DNA of 49,601 bases, the filler included, from Brevibacterium luteolum (GTDB lineage: Bacteria; Actinomycetota; Actinomycetes; Actinomycetales; Brevibacteriaceae): NCBI RefSeq assembly GCF_013004595.1. It is 7 parts of 7 records of this genome, joined end to end, with 100 filler letters (N's around TTAATTAATTAA, not from the genome) between each part and the next. Parts side by side here need not be neighbours in the genome. Positions count along the whole stretch, not along the records: positions 1 to 25,339 come from NZ_JABEMC010000015.1; positions 25,440 to 34,666 come from NZ_JABEMC010000016.1; 5 more parts are not named here. The stretch is one strand, 5' to 3'. The translations under genes and the position numbers were made by a program. The notes beneath the pieces are model-generated. The model had not been told where the DNA came from. It was given only the letters and a program-made list of their open reading frames with translations, and did not search any database. Positions within the stretch are counted from its first letter, which is position 1; each line of letters starts with the position of its first letter. This document shows positions 18,698 through 28,712 of this stretch, piece by piece.

Positions 18698-21231
18698 GTC
18701 GGTCACGTAGGCGGCCGGGAGGACGATGGAGCCGCCGAACCGGCGGCCGGTCTTGCGGATCGTGACCGACCCGTCGTCGCGGACGCCGGTGATGGTCCAG
18801 GTGTCACCGTTGCGCACCCAGGTCTTCCCGTTGCGTAGGCGGCGGTCGTTGCGGCGGGTGATGATCATGTCCCCCACCCCAGCAGTGGTGCCGTCGTTCA
18901 ACTCGACCTCGCGGCCCGGCTTCAACGTGCCGTCGAGAATCAGGTCCGCACGAGCACGGGTGTTGAGGGCGCTCACGTGGTCGCGGGTCTCGGCGACCAG
19001 CACCGACACCAGCCCTTGGTCGCGGTCGGTGCGCCATGCGGTGTAGGCGGCGTCGGTCATCGCCTCGGCCTCGCCGTCGTGGATACGGTCATGGTCGAGG
19101 TAGGTGTCGATCACCTCGGTGCGGCCGTGCCGCAGGGCGAGGGAGGCGGTCTTCTCCCACTCATGGGTAAACCGGTGCACGTCGACCCGCTCGGGCGCAT
19201 CGTCCCGGTCACCGACGAGGAGCCCGAACGCGCTGCCAGCGTCCACGGACTGGAGCTGGGCGAAGTCGCCGACCAGCAACACCTTCGCCCCGGCCCGTTC
19301 GGCCAGGTGCGTGATCCGATCCAACGAGAGCGTTCCGGCGAGAGAGGCTTCGTCGATGATGACGAGCTGACCTTCCCGGAAGTCTTCGCCGTGGACGAGG
19401 TGGTTCTGCCACCACTTCGCCGTGTTCTCCGTCGCGATTCCGAGGTCGTCGGCGAGGACCTGTGCCGCGACCGCCGACGGTGCGAGCCCGATAACGGACC
19501 CGGCGCCGTGTTCCTTCTCCCACGCACGCCGCAGCGCGGACATTGCCGTCGTCTTCCCGGCCCCGGCCGGTCCGACCACCACATCGAGGACACGGCCGGA
19601 GACTGCGATCTTCATGAGCGCGTTGGCCTGGTCCTCGCCGAGCATCCGACCCTCCGCATCGGGACGAGCGGTGATCTTCTCGACCGTCGCCAGCGGCACG
19701 GTCGGCCCGGTCGTGGTGCGGGCGCGGTCGAGCAGTCGGTCTTCGGCGGCCAGGAGCAGCTCGGAGGAGAACACGGTCGAGTGCTTGGGCCGGAACACAC
19801 TGGTGCCATCCACCCGCCGAAACGTGGCCGGACTGGTGGCGAGGTCGGGCGGCGTCAGCCGGAGCGAGGCTTGCTCGGCGGCGTCGGCGATCATCGCCAC
19901 GATGGCTTCGCGGTCGTGCATGGTGGCGAAGCGCCAGCCCATCGTCTGCCGGGACGCCTCGGCCATCAGGTTCCACCGCAGCCACGTGGACCGCTTCTCA
20001 CCCACCACCCCGACCACGGTCTGGCCGAGTTCGCCGATGGCATCGAGCGGCACGTCATCGGCTCGCAGCAGTAGCGGCTTGTCGTTGTCCATCACCCCAC
20101 GTGCCCAGGTGGTGGCGTCCTGGCCGAGCACGCCCGCGGCACGGGTGCGCCACTCGGTAGTCAGGTCGGCCAACGCCCGTACCTCCTTCTCCGGACGCGT
20201 GGTCAGGGTGGCTTGGGCACGCAACTTGATCACGGTCGCCGTGGAGGGCTGGCGGCCGTGCCGGGCGACGTACTCGGCGATGAGCCTGTTCTTCTCGGCG
20301 TCGATGTGCCGGGCACGGGTCGAGAACTCCTGGACCAGCTCCTCCGGCACGGTGCTGATCGCCCATGCCGGGTTCCGGTCCCGGCCCATGTCGCGGGCCT
20401 CCCACTCGACTCCGAAGGTGCGCGTCATGTGGTCGGCGAACACCGCCTCGTGCAGCTCCGACAGGGCGACCACGGCGGCGTGCATCGGCCGCCCATCCAA
20501 GCTCCGCCACTTGTCGTCGAAGGCGGTCTGGACCTTGTTGGAGATGACGACGTGGGTGTGTAGATGGGGGTCGCCGGCGCGGGAGTCGAAGTGATCGAAC
20601 GCCGTCGCCACCAGCCCGGTCACATCGACCTGCGCAACGGCCCCGTCCCCGGCGGTTGCACCTGACCGGGTGGCGGCAACCTCGCGCTCCATGAACGCAA
20701 CCACCTCCGCAACCGCCGCATGATGCGCCTCACCAATGAGCGCCTGCGTCCCCGCGTCGGCGACCGCCCACAACGCCGAGGCGGACTTCGGGACCGAGAA
20801 GGTGAAGTCGAACCCCGCCACCGCTCGTCGCCTGCCGCGCTCGGCCTCCTCGGCCTCGATCCGCGCGACCGCCTCACCCTTCGCCCCGGACTCAGCGATG
20901 GGTCGAGGTCGGCAATGCGGGCCTCGATCCGCTCCGGCACCGACTTGTAGGCTGGGAACGCATGCCCGAGCGGGTCGCCGGTGATCGGATCACGGCCCAT
21001 CCCCATCAAGAGCTGGAGCTGGGCCTCCGACACACGGTCCCCGACCGCGAGCTGCCCTTTGCCGAGCGCGGCGACGCCAGACCCGAGCCATTGGCCCGGT
21101 GGGGTTCCCGCCTCTACGTAGTACCTGGTCAGCGGTGTTGAAAGGGTGCGGTCGCCGTCTGCGGCCGCGACGGTGCGCAGCAGGTACTTGTACCCGTCGC
21201 CCGCGCTCATCACGCGCATCGAGACCGTCAC
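18681..21231 (-). pseudogene. Outer MobF relaxase-helicase, frameshifted near 20885 and interrupted at 18681
   Basis: MSAGDGYKYL/TRYY, FSVPKS, DPHLHTH, GPAGAGKT, DEAS; the two track ORFs join if one G is added to the run at 20884-20887. Confidence 0.92.
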
Positions 21232-21284
21232 CACGCCACCGCCTTTCGACGATCAGGTGAGCAGGCGTCGACCGCGCGAACGCA

Positions 21285-21302
21285 TGTCAACTTTGGTTGA
21301 CA
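21285..21302. other. Perfect hairpin upstream of the outer relaxase (candidate oriT or operator)
   Basis: TGTCAAC-TTTG-GTTGACA. Confidence 0.4.
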
Positions 21303-21517
21303 AACCTCGACCTGCAAGACGCGTGGCAGCTCCGATGGCGGGCTGAGCGAGGGGCAGATCGGTGTCGGCCCGACGGCCGGGAGTGGGCGTGCCTGGTCGC
21401 GTCGTCAGCGAGGCATCGGCGCCGGCTGAGCAGTGTCGTCCACCTGGCAGGTGATCAGCCCGGCGACGGGCTCCGTGAGGGGCTCGGGTCCGGGGTCACC
21501 GAACTGCCGGAGCCCTC

Positions 21518-22633
21518 ATACACAACCACACCCCTTCTGGTGGGCGTCGTCTCCGGGTCGGGTCGCTGTTCTCCGGGCACGGCGGCCGGGACCTAGCCGT
21601 CGAGCACGTCTTCAACGCCGAGACCATCTGGTTCTCCGCGACCAACGAACCCGTCGCCGGCTTCTTCGCCCGCCACTGGCTCGACGCGCCGAATCTCGGC
21701 GACATCACGACCATCCACTGGACCGGCGTGCCACAAGTGGACATCTTCTGCGGCGACTTTCCCTGTCAGGACGTCTCAACAGTGGGCAAGCAGGCCGGCC
21801 TCGCACCTGGCACCCACTCGGGGCTCTGGTCGTATATGGCGGCCGCGATCGATGCGCTGCAACCGGAGTTCGTGGTGATCGAGAACGTGCGCGGTCTGCT
21901 TTCCGCACCGGTGGTCCGTAACCTCCCGGAAGGAGCAACCGATGTCCGAAGCATCCCTGCCGCAGCAACCCCGCCGACGATGCGAGTGCAACCCTTCGCG
22001 AGGTGGAACCCGACCAGTGGGGTGTGGGAGACGATGCAACCTGACCTCTCCGGGCGTTTGGTGCCGTGGCGGGAGACCTGGCCGACCTGCGGCGCGATGC
22101 GCGATGGATCGTCCTACCGGCATCAGTCATCGGCGCTTCGCACCACCGCTTCTGTGTCTTCGTCCTCGCCCACCGTCCTGTTCCGGACACCGTTGGCCTC
22201 GGACTCCTCGCGCGGCGGGGAGAGTCTGGAGCAGGTGAGGGCGCGGCGGGGAACGATTGCGCTGTCGCATCGGATCATCGACCTGGCCCTGAACGGACCG
22301 GATGGCTCACCCGAGGCAGAGCGCCGAGTCGGAGACTCTGTGGTCCCTGGTCGAGGGTATTTTCACCGCTGGGGACGCTACGCCCCAGCTATCGCCCGAT
22401 GGGAACGCGTCACCGGACGACCCGCGCCAACGCCAGCACTCCTGAGCGAGGCGAAAGGGCCACGGCCCGCACCGTCATTCGCGGAATGGTTGATGGGACT
22501 TCCAGATGGCTGGGTCACCGATGATCGCTACGGGCTCACGGACAACCAGCAGCTCACCGCGCTGGGCAACGGAGTCCTTCCGCTCCAAGCGGCTGTGGCT
22601 TTGGGAGGACTTGCGCTCGCCGCAGGCACGTAG
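21518..22633 (+). pseudogene. C5-cytosine DNA methyltransferase, degraded
   Basis: Motif I SLFSGHGG, IV FPCQ, VI ENV, X ALGNGV. The motif VII-VIII block is in another frame behind TGA 22042. ATA stands where a start is expected. Confidence 0.85.
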
Positions 22634-22672
22634 GACGACTTGAACTGGTGACGCTGGGGCGGGAGTGCACGA

Positions 22673-23648
22673 TCAGTCCGCGAGGTGGCGGCGTAGGTGT
22701 TCGGCAGTATGGGTATTGCTGTCTGCGGTCATCTGGTCCGAGGTGCCCTCGAAGACGATGTGGCCTCCGTCGTGTCCGGCCTCGGGGCCGATGTCGATGA
22801 TCCAGTCGGCGGCGGCGATGATGTCGAGGTTGTGCTCGATCACAACGAGCGTCGATCCGGCATCGATAAGCCTGTCGAGCAGTCCGATGAGCCGGGAGAT
22901 ATCGGCGATGTGCAGTCCCGTAGTCGGCTCGTCAAGGATGATCGTGCGGCCGGGGGTGCCGAGTTCGGTGGCGAGCTTGAGTCGCTGACGTTCGCCGCCG
23001 GAGAGGCTGGTGAGGGTCTGCCCGAGGGTGAGGTAGTCGAGTCCGACGTCGTGGAGCCGGGACAGGATGCGCCCGATGGCGGGCTGGGTGAAGTAGTCGA
23101 TTGCATCGGTGACGCTCATCTCGAACACGTCGGCGATGTTCTTGCCGGCAACGTGATGCTCTTGGGCTTCAGGGGTGAACCGTCGTCCTTCGCAGACTTC
23201 GCAGCGGGTGATTACGCCTTCCATGAAGGCGAGGTCGGTGTAGATGACGCCGTTGCCCTCACAGGCCGGGCATCCTCCGGTGGAGTTGGGGGTGAACAGC
23301 CCGGCAGGTGCTCCGGTGGTCTTGGCGAACACGTCACGGATCAGGTTGAGCAGGCCGGTGAAGGTGGCGGGGTTGGAGCGACGCGATCCTCGGATGGGGC
23401 GTTGGTCGATGACGATCGCGTCGGGTTCGACGGTGGGGAGGTTGCCGAGGATCAGGCTGGATTTGCCCGATCCGGCGACTCCGGTCACGGCGGTCATCGC
23501 GCCGCGCGGGACGCGGGTGGAGACGTGCTTGAGGTTGTTGGTGGTGGCATCGTCGATGTTGATCCAGCCGTCGGGCTCACGCCGTGTCCGGGTCGCGCGC
23601 CGGTGCTCGCGCAGCCCCTGCCCGGTGGGGGTGTCGGCGTGGGTGAGG
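22673..23648 (-). pseudogene. UvrA-like (class II/DrrC-type) ATPase, C-terminal part only
   Basis: NNLK, GVAGSGKSS, CPAC/CEVC, LSGGERQR, LDEPTTGLH; 5' part cut by an IS3 at 23649. Confidence 0.9.
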
Positions 23649-23979
23649 TGAAGCGTCCTGGGTTTCGTTCCTAGATGGTTGGTAAAGACAGTTCATCGTT
23701 GGTGAGGGTTTCGGCGTATTGCGCTTCGACTTCTGCTGGCGTCTGGTAACCCAGCGCTTCGTGCAGCCGGGCGGTGTTCCACCAGTGGACCCAGTTCATG
23801 GTCGCGAACTCGACATCGGTCAGGCTGTTCCAGGCCGGCTGGGAGTAGATCAGCTCGGCCTTGTACAAGCCGTTGACGGTTTCAGCAAGAGCATTGTCGT
23901 AGCTATCGCCGACTGTTCCGACTGATGGGGTGATTCCTGCGGTGATGAGGCGTTCAGTGTAGGCAATGGCAACGTATTG
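23649..23979 (-). mobile_element. IS3-family ('IS3-C' isoform) right end and orfB 3' part
   Basis: End TGAAGCGTCCTGGGTTTCGTTCC; GDSYDNALAE; cut at the SQY motif by IS30. Confidence 0.88.
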
Positions 23980-24958
23980 GGCAGGTTCAACCGGTGGTTG
24001 CAACACCGGCCTGTTTCAGGGATTGTAGTGCTTCGCCGAAGACTTCGGCGGGGGTCTTCCAGCCGAGGGTCTTGCGGGGTCTGTTGTTGAGGGTGTGGGC
24101 CACCGCTTCGAGGTCGTCTGCGCTCCAGCGGGACAGGTCGGTGCCCTTGGGGAAGTACTGACGTAGCAGGCCGTTGGTGTTCTCGTTGGTGGGCCGTTGC
24201 CACGGGGAGTGCGGATCAGCGAAGAACACCTTGGTGCCAGTCTCAAGAGTGAACGCGGCATGTCCTGATAGTTCCTTGCCGCGGTCCCAGGTGATCGTCT
24301 TGCGTAACTGCTGGGGCAGGGTCGTGATCGCAGCGGCCAGAGCCGCGTTCATCGCGACTGCACCGTAGCCGCCCAGCGCGGGGCCGTTCTTGACCGGAGG
24401 GTGCTCGCCCCAGCCGTCGAGGCGGGGCAAGTGGACCAGGATCGTCGCGCGGCTGCGACGCTCGACCAAGGTCCCGATCGCACAGCGGCCGGTCCCGATG
24501 ACCAGGTCACCTTCCCAGTGTCCTGGAACAGCACGATCAGCGGCTTCTGCGGGGCGTTGGCTGATCACGACCTCGGCGCCGACATGACCGCCGGGTTTGT
24601 TCCGGGAACGCTCACGGGGCTGTCGCAACGCCCTGCCCGTTCGCAGGCAAGCCACCAGCTCACGCTTCAGTGCGCCGCGGCCTTCGATGAACAACGCCTG
24701 GTAGATCGCCTCATGACTGATACGCATTGACTCATCATCAGGGAAATCCAGCTTCAAGCGGTGACTGATCTGCTCCGGGCTCCAACTGGTGGCCCACCGT
24801 CGATCTTGCCGACGAGGCTTGTTCAACCCCTTCCACGTCGGCGTGACCGGCCCTTCCACCGGCGTCCCGTCCGGGCCAGTGACCTTCCCAGAGAGTCTGT
24901 CCTGGACATAGTCGCGAAGCCGCAGGTTGGCCACCAGCTTCGCGGTCTTGGGTCGTTT
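23980..24958 (-). mobile_element. IS30-family element with a 5'-truncated transposase (stop at 23987)
   Basis: WSPEQI, SHEAIY, GHWEGD, TWDRGKE, ENTNGLLRQYFPKG; end GGCAGGTTCAACCGGTGGTTGCAACA. Confidence 0.9.
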
Positions 24959-25218
24959 TGTCGCGCGTCAGACTTAGTGGCAGGGCCGTTATGTAGGTCC
25001 TGAAGGAGAGTCAGACATGGGTAGACCACCCTCGATTCCGGCGGAGAAGAAGACCCGGATAGTGCTGAGCGTGCTGGCCGGCGAGATGTCCATCGCCGAA
25101 GCGGCACGCAAGGAGAAAGTCAGTGAGCAGTCCATCGGACGGTGGAAGGCCGAGTTCCTGGAAGCCGGCAAGACCGCCCTGGTGGCCGGCAGGTCCGGAC
25201 CATCCTCCCGAGAGGAAC
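24959..25218 (+). mobile_element. IS left end with HTH orfA ('IS-B', probably IS3 family), interrupted by IS3-A
   Basis: TGTCGCGCGTCAGACTTAGTGGCA end, also present at 45467 on minus; ORF MGRPPSIPAEKK... from 25017. Confidence 0.8.
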
Positions 25219-25339
25219 GGGACTGCTGAAGGTTTGGTTGACTTCACGACTGGACAGATTCCAGGAAGGATAGAAGTCATGCCCAAGATCTACACAGATG
25301 AGTTCAAGCAATCAGCGCTCGATCTCGTCAATGACGGAA
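25219..25339 (+). mobile_element. IS3-A left end
   Basis: Reverse complement of 1-121. Confidence 0.9.
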
Positions 25340-25439
25340 NNNNNNNNNNNNNNNNNNNNNNNNNNNNNNNNNNNNNNNNNNNNTTAATTAATTAANNNNN
25401 NNNNNNNNNNNNNNNNNNNNNNNNNNNNNNNNNNNNNNN
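25340..25439. other. Artificial contig spacer (also 34667-34766, 40001-40100, 45246-45345, 46977-47076, 48409-48508)
   Basis: 100-nt N block containing TTAATTAATTAA (six-frame stops). Confidence 0.98.
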
Positions 25440-25566
25440 CGACGGTCATCGGTGCATTACGGTGAGTCATGGAAGACCTCCGGTTCGAGTGAGTGTGGTT
25501 ACCCACTTCGATATCGGAGGTCTTCTTTCACCTCAAATCCCGATCACAACCTCCCGAGGAAGTACA
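25440..25566 (-). mobile_element. Left end of the IS481 element seen whole at 48509-49601
   Basis: Reverse complement of the start of contig 7; abuts target CCTAGA. Confidence 0.9.
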
Positions 25567-25637
25567 CCTAGACGGCAGTTAAAGTATCGACTTGTCTTGC
25601 CACGGTTTCAAAATGCTTAGCTTCGACCTCGGCCGGG
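25567..25637 (-). repeat. 71-bp orphan fragment of IS3-C
   Basis: Identical to 30969-31039. Confidence 0.9.
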
Positions 25638-27102
25638 GGGCCTGTCAAATGGTGTGTGTAAGGGGTGTGGCACCACCCCCTGAAGGAGACACACTGTGAC
25701 GATTGACGCCATGCCGAAGATGAGCGCCGAGGAGCGCGCTGAGCGTCGTAGAAAGCAGGCCGAGCTCGCGGCCGAGCTCAAGACCACCGGAGCCCTGGAT
25801 GAGGTCTTCGCCCGGATCGATGCCGGTGAACCGCTGACCGGAGACGGCGGGGTGCTGGGCGGGATGCTCAAGGCCGCCCTGGAGCGGAGCCTGGAGGCCG
25901 AGCTGAGTGAGCACGTGGGCTATGAGAAGGGCGCGGTCGACGCCGCCGACCACCCGAACTCCCGTAACGGGCACTACGCCAAGACCGTGACGAGCGAGGT
26001 CGGGGACATCGAGCTCGCGATCCCGCGCGATCGGGCCGGGACCTTCACCCCGATGCTGGTAGGCAAGGGTCAGCGCCGCCTGGACGGGGTCGACGGGATG
26101 ATCATCTCGCTGTACGCCGGCGGGATGACGCTGCGCGACATCTCCCACCACCTAGCCTCCACGGTCGGGGTGGACGTGAGTCACGAGACGATCGGCAAGG
26201 TCGTGGACTCCATCGCCGAGGAGGTCCTCGCGTGGCAGCGCCGTCCGCTGGAGTCGCTGTACCCGGTGATCTACCTCGACGCGATCATGGTCAAGGTCAA
26301 GGACGGCTCTCACGTGGTCAACAAGGCCGCCCACATCGCCGTCGGCGTGGACATGGACGGCATCAAGCACGTCCTGGGGATCTGGGTCCAGACCCACGAG
26401 GGCGCGAAGTTCTGGGCCCAGGTCTGCGCGGACCTCGCCAACCGCGGGGTGCGCGACGTGCTGATCGTGTGCTGCGACGGGCTGACCGGCTTCCCCGAGG
26501 CGATCGAGGCGACCTGGCCGCTGGCCACCGTGCAGACCTGCGTGGTCCACCTGATCCGCGCCGCGATGCGGTTCGTGTCCTACGGGGACCGCAAGGCCGT
26601 CGCCACGGCGCTGAAGCCGATCTACACCGCCGCCAGCGAGGACGCGGCTCTGGAGGCGCTGGAGGCATTCGAGGCCGGCCCCTGGGGCACGAAGTACCCC
26701 GCCGCGGCGCGGACGTTCCGGGCGGCCTGGGAGCGGTTCATCCCGTTCCTGGCCCTCCCGCCCGAGCTACGCCGCGTCATCTACACGACGAACGCGATTG
26801 AGTCGCTGAACTACCAGCTGCGCAAGGTCACCAAGAACCGCGGCCACTTCCCCAACGACGCCGCCGTGGTCAAGCTGCTGTGGCTGGCGATCTGCAACAT
26901 CGAGGACAAGCGAGCCCGGGAGCGCGAGAAGGAACGCGGCCTACCCGCCGCTGAACGCCGAGCCCCCGGACGCCTCATCGAAGGATCGGTAACCACGAAC
27001 TGGAAGGCCGCCCTCGGCCAACTCGCCCTCGTCTACCCCGAACGAATCGAACCCTACCTGTAACCCCCGTCACACCCCTTACACACAGGGATTGACAAGC
27101 CC
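25638..27102 (+). mobile_element. IS256-family element
   Basis: IRs GGGCCTGTCAA...TGTGTGTAAGGGG and CCCCTTACACACA...TTGACAAGCCC; no flanking duplication. Confidence 0.92.
25696..27063 (+). CDS. IS256 transposase
   Basis: RNGHY, PRDR, YLDA, DGLTG, QTCVVH, TTNAIES. Confidence 0.95.
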   Translation: MTIDAMPKMSAEERAERRRKQAELAAELKTTGALDEVFARIDAGEPLTGDGGVLGGMLKAALERSLEAELSEHVGYEKGAVDAADHPNSRNGHYAKTVTSEVGDIELAIPRDRAGTFTPMLVGKGQRRLDGVDGMIISLYAGGMTLRDISHHLASTVGVDVSHETIGKVVDSIAEEVLAWQRRPLESLYPVIYLDAIMVKVKDGSHVVNKAAHIAVGVDMDGIKHVLGIWVQTHEGAKFWAQVCADLANRGVRDVLIVCCDGLTGFPEAIEATWPLATVQTCVVHLIRAAMRFVSYGDRKAVATALKPIYTAASEDAALEALEAFEAGPWGTKYPAAARTFRAAWERFIPFLALPPELRRVIYTTNAIESLNYQLRKVTKNRGHFPNDAAVVKLLWLAICNIEDKRAREREKERGLPAAERRAPGRLIEGSVTTNWKAALGQLALVYPERIEPYL

Positions 27103-27107
27103 ACCGA

Positions 27108-27450
27108 TCAGCGACTGCGGAGGGCTCTGACGAATGAGGTGACCATGGTGTCGAAGACCATCGCCCAGACCGCTGGTCCGATCCAGAACCAGTGCTGGCC
27201 GACCAGTTCGATCGCCGGCACACGACCCGGGCGGCCCAGATGCATGCTCGCCGCCGTTCGCATGCCCAGCAGGAAGACCATGCTCCACAGTCCGGCCGAA
27301 AAGGTCATCGGCAGCGTGTGGACGGCATGTCGCCAGATTCCCTCGGCGCCGATCGACATGACGCCGGTCGCCATCACCGAGGCCCAGCGTCGACGGGCTC
27401 AGCCCCCACCGTCTGTGCATTCCGGTGGGATTGCGATCGGCCGTGCTCAT
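27108..27450 (-). pseudogene. Tellurite-resistance/C4-dicarboxylate (TDT/SLAC1) transporter remnant
   Basis: N-terminal MATGVMSIG sits directly next to C-terminal WSMVFLLGM, implying a large internal deletion plus a frameshift. Confidence 0.6.
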
Positions 27451-27800
27451 TCGCTTCTCATTCTCGTCGCCGTGTGTCAAGGGACATCGACGTCTTCGGT
27501 AGTGCGACCCTACCCCTGAAATCGCCTTACGGTCCCGGCCATCTAGAGGGCGCCGCGGTCCCATCGAAAGACCGCACGGACTCTGTGCAGGAAACCGATG
27601 TGCAATTCGTGACAACTGGGTCTTCTCGGGTCACTCTCCCACTATTTTCATGAGAGAATTCATTGGAGTTACCAATGGGTAATTTCGCATGGAGTCGCCC
27701 GTTGCGCACCCCCCCCACGTGCCGGTAGTGGCGTATTCTGCAGTCACCTGCGCGGTGCAGAATTCTTCGGCACTGACCGGAGCGACGAAGGCACAGACGA

Positions 27801-28673
27801 TTGGGAGCGATGGCTATGGAGAGCACGATGAACACTCTCGCCGAGGACACCGACATCGACGCGCCAGCGGTCGCGGTGCGCGGTTGGTCGCTGTCCGGCA
27901 AACAGGGCGATGTGTTCACCGATATCGACCTCGAGGTGCCGACCGGTGCCATCGCTGTCGTCCGTGGTCCCGCTGGCAGCGGGAAGACCTCTCTCCTCCT
28001 GTCCTTGGCAGGAAGGATGCGGGTCTCCGAGGGGGAGGGCCGCCTCGGCGATATCGATATCCGCAAGCAGGCCCGCACCGTGCGCGGGCAGGTTGCGGTC
28101 GGACATATCGGCGGGCTGACGGACCTTGAGGACGATTTCACGGTTGCACAGCACGTCGCAGAACGACAGATCATGCTCCAGCCCTGGTACAAGCCGTGGG
28201 CGTCGAAATCGACCCTGCGTGAGGTCATCGGTCTCATTCGGGACACCTTCACCACGGCCAAGGAGATCATTGACGAACTCCCGCCGGGGACGTTCTCGAA
28301 GCAGGACGCCCAGCGCGCGGACTTCCTCATCGACGATGACGGAGAGGTATTCGTCTCTGAGCTGAGTGAGCTGCAGAAATTCTTCCTCGAACTCGGGCTG
28401 GCGAGTCTCAGCCGCCAACCCGTCGTCGTCATCGACAACATCGACTACCTGCGCGAATCCGCCGACCGAGCCCGTGCTTGGGCCGGGATCCTCATCTACC
28501 AGCAGCTGCGCAGATCACGGGATCCCGAGGACCTGCTCACGGTCATCGTCTCCTGCGAGGACTCGAGCGAACTCGACATCGCCACCAGGTCGCTCGGCTC
28601 CCGCGCGGAGCCGTCGATTGTCGAACTCGAACTGCCGCCCCACCCTCCCGCTCATCGCGGGTCCAAACACTGA
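27801..28673 (+). CDS. ABC ATP-binding-like protein (degenerate signature and Walker B)
   Basis: GPAGSGKT; ELSELQK and VVVIDNID replace LSGGQ and hhhhDE; start uncertain (27801-27828). Confidence 0.8.
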   Translation: MGAMAMESTMNTLAEDTDIDAPAVAVRGWSLSGKQGDVFTDIDLEVPTGAIAVVRGPAGSGKTSLLLSLAGRMRVSEGEGRLGDIDIRKQARTVRGQVAVGHIGGLTDLEDDFTVAQHVAERQIMLQPWYKPWASKSTLREVIGLIRDTFTTAKEIIDELPPGTFSKQDAQRADFLIDDDGEVFVSELSELQKFFLELGLASLSRQPVVVIDNIDYLRESADRARAWAGILIYQQLRRSRDPEDLLTVIVSCEDSSELDIATRSLGSRAEPSIVELELPPHPPAHRGSKH

Positions 28674-28712
28674 ACTTCCTGCCCACGTATACGAATCCGA
28701 GGAGATTCCCGA

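Noticed and set aside
21292..21301. TTTGGTTGAC shared with the IS3-A inverted repeat
   Set aside because: Only 10 bp with no other IS sequence; better explained as part of the local hairpin.
25384..25395. Recurrent TTAATTAATTAA palindrome, and ORFs ending in X...LIN
   Set aside because: Artificial contig linker.
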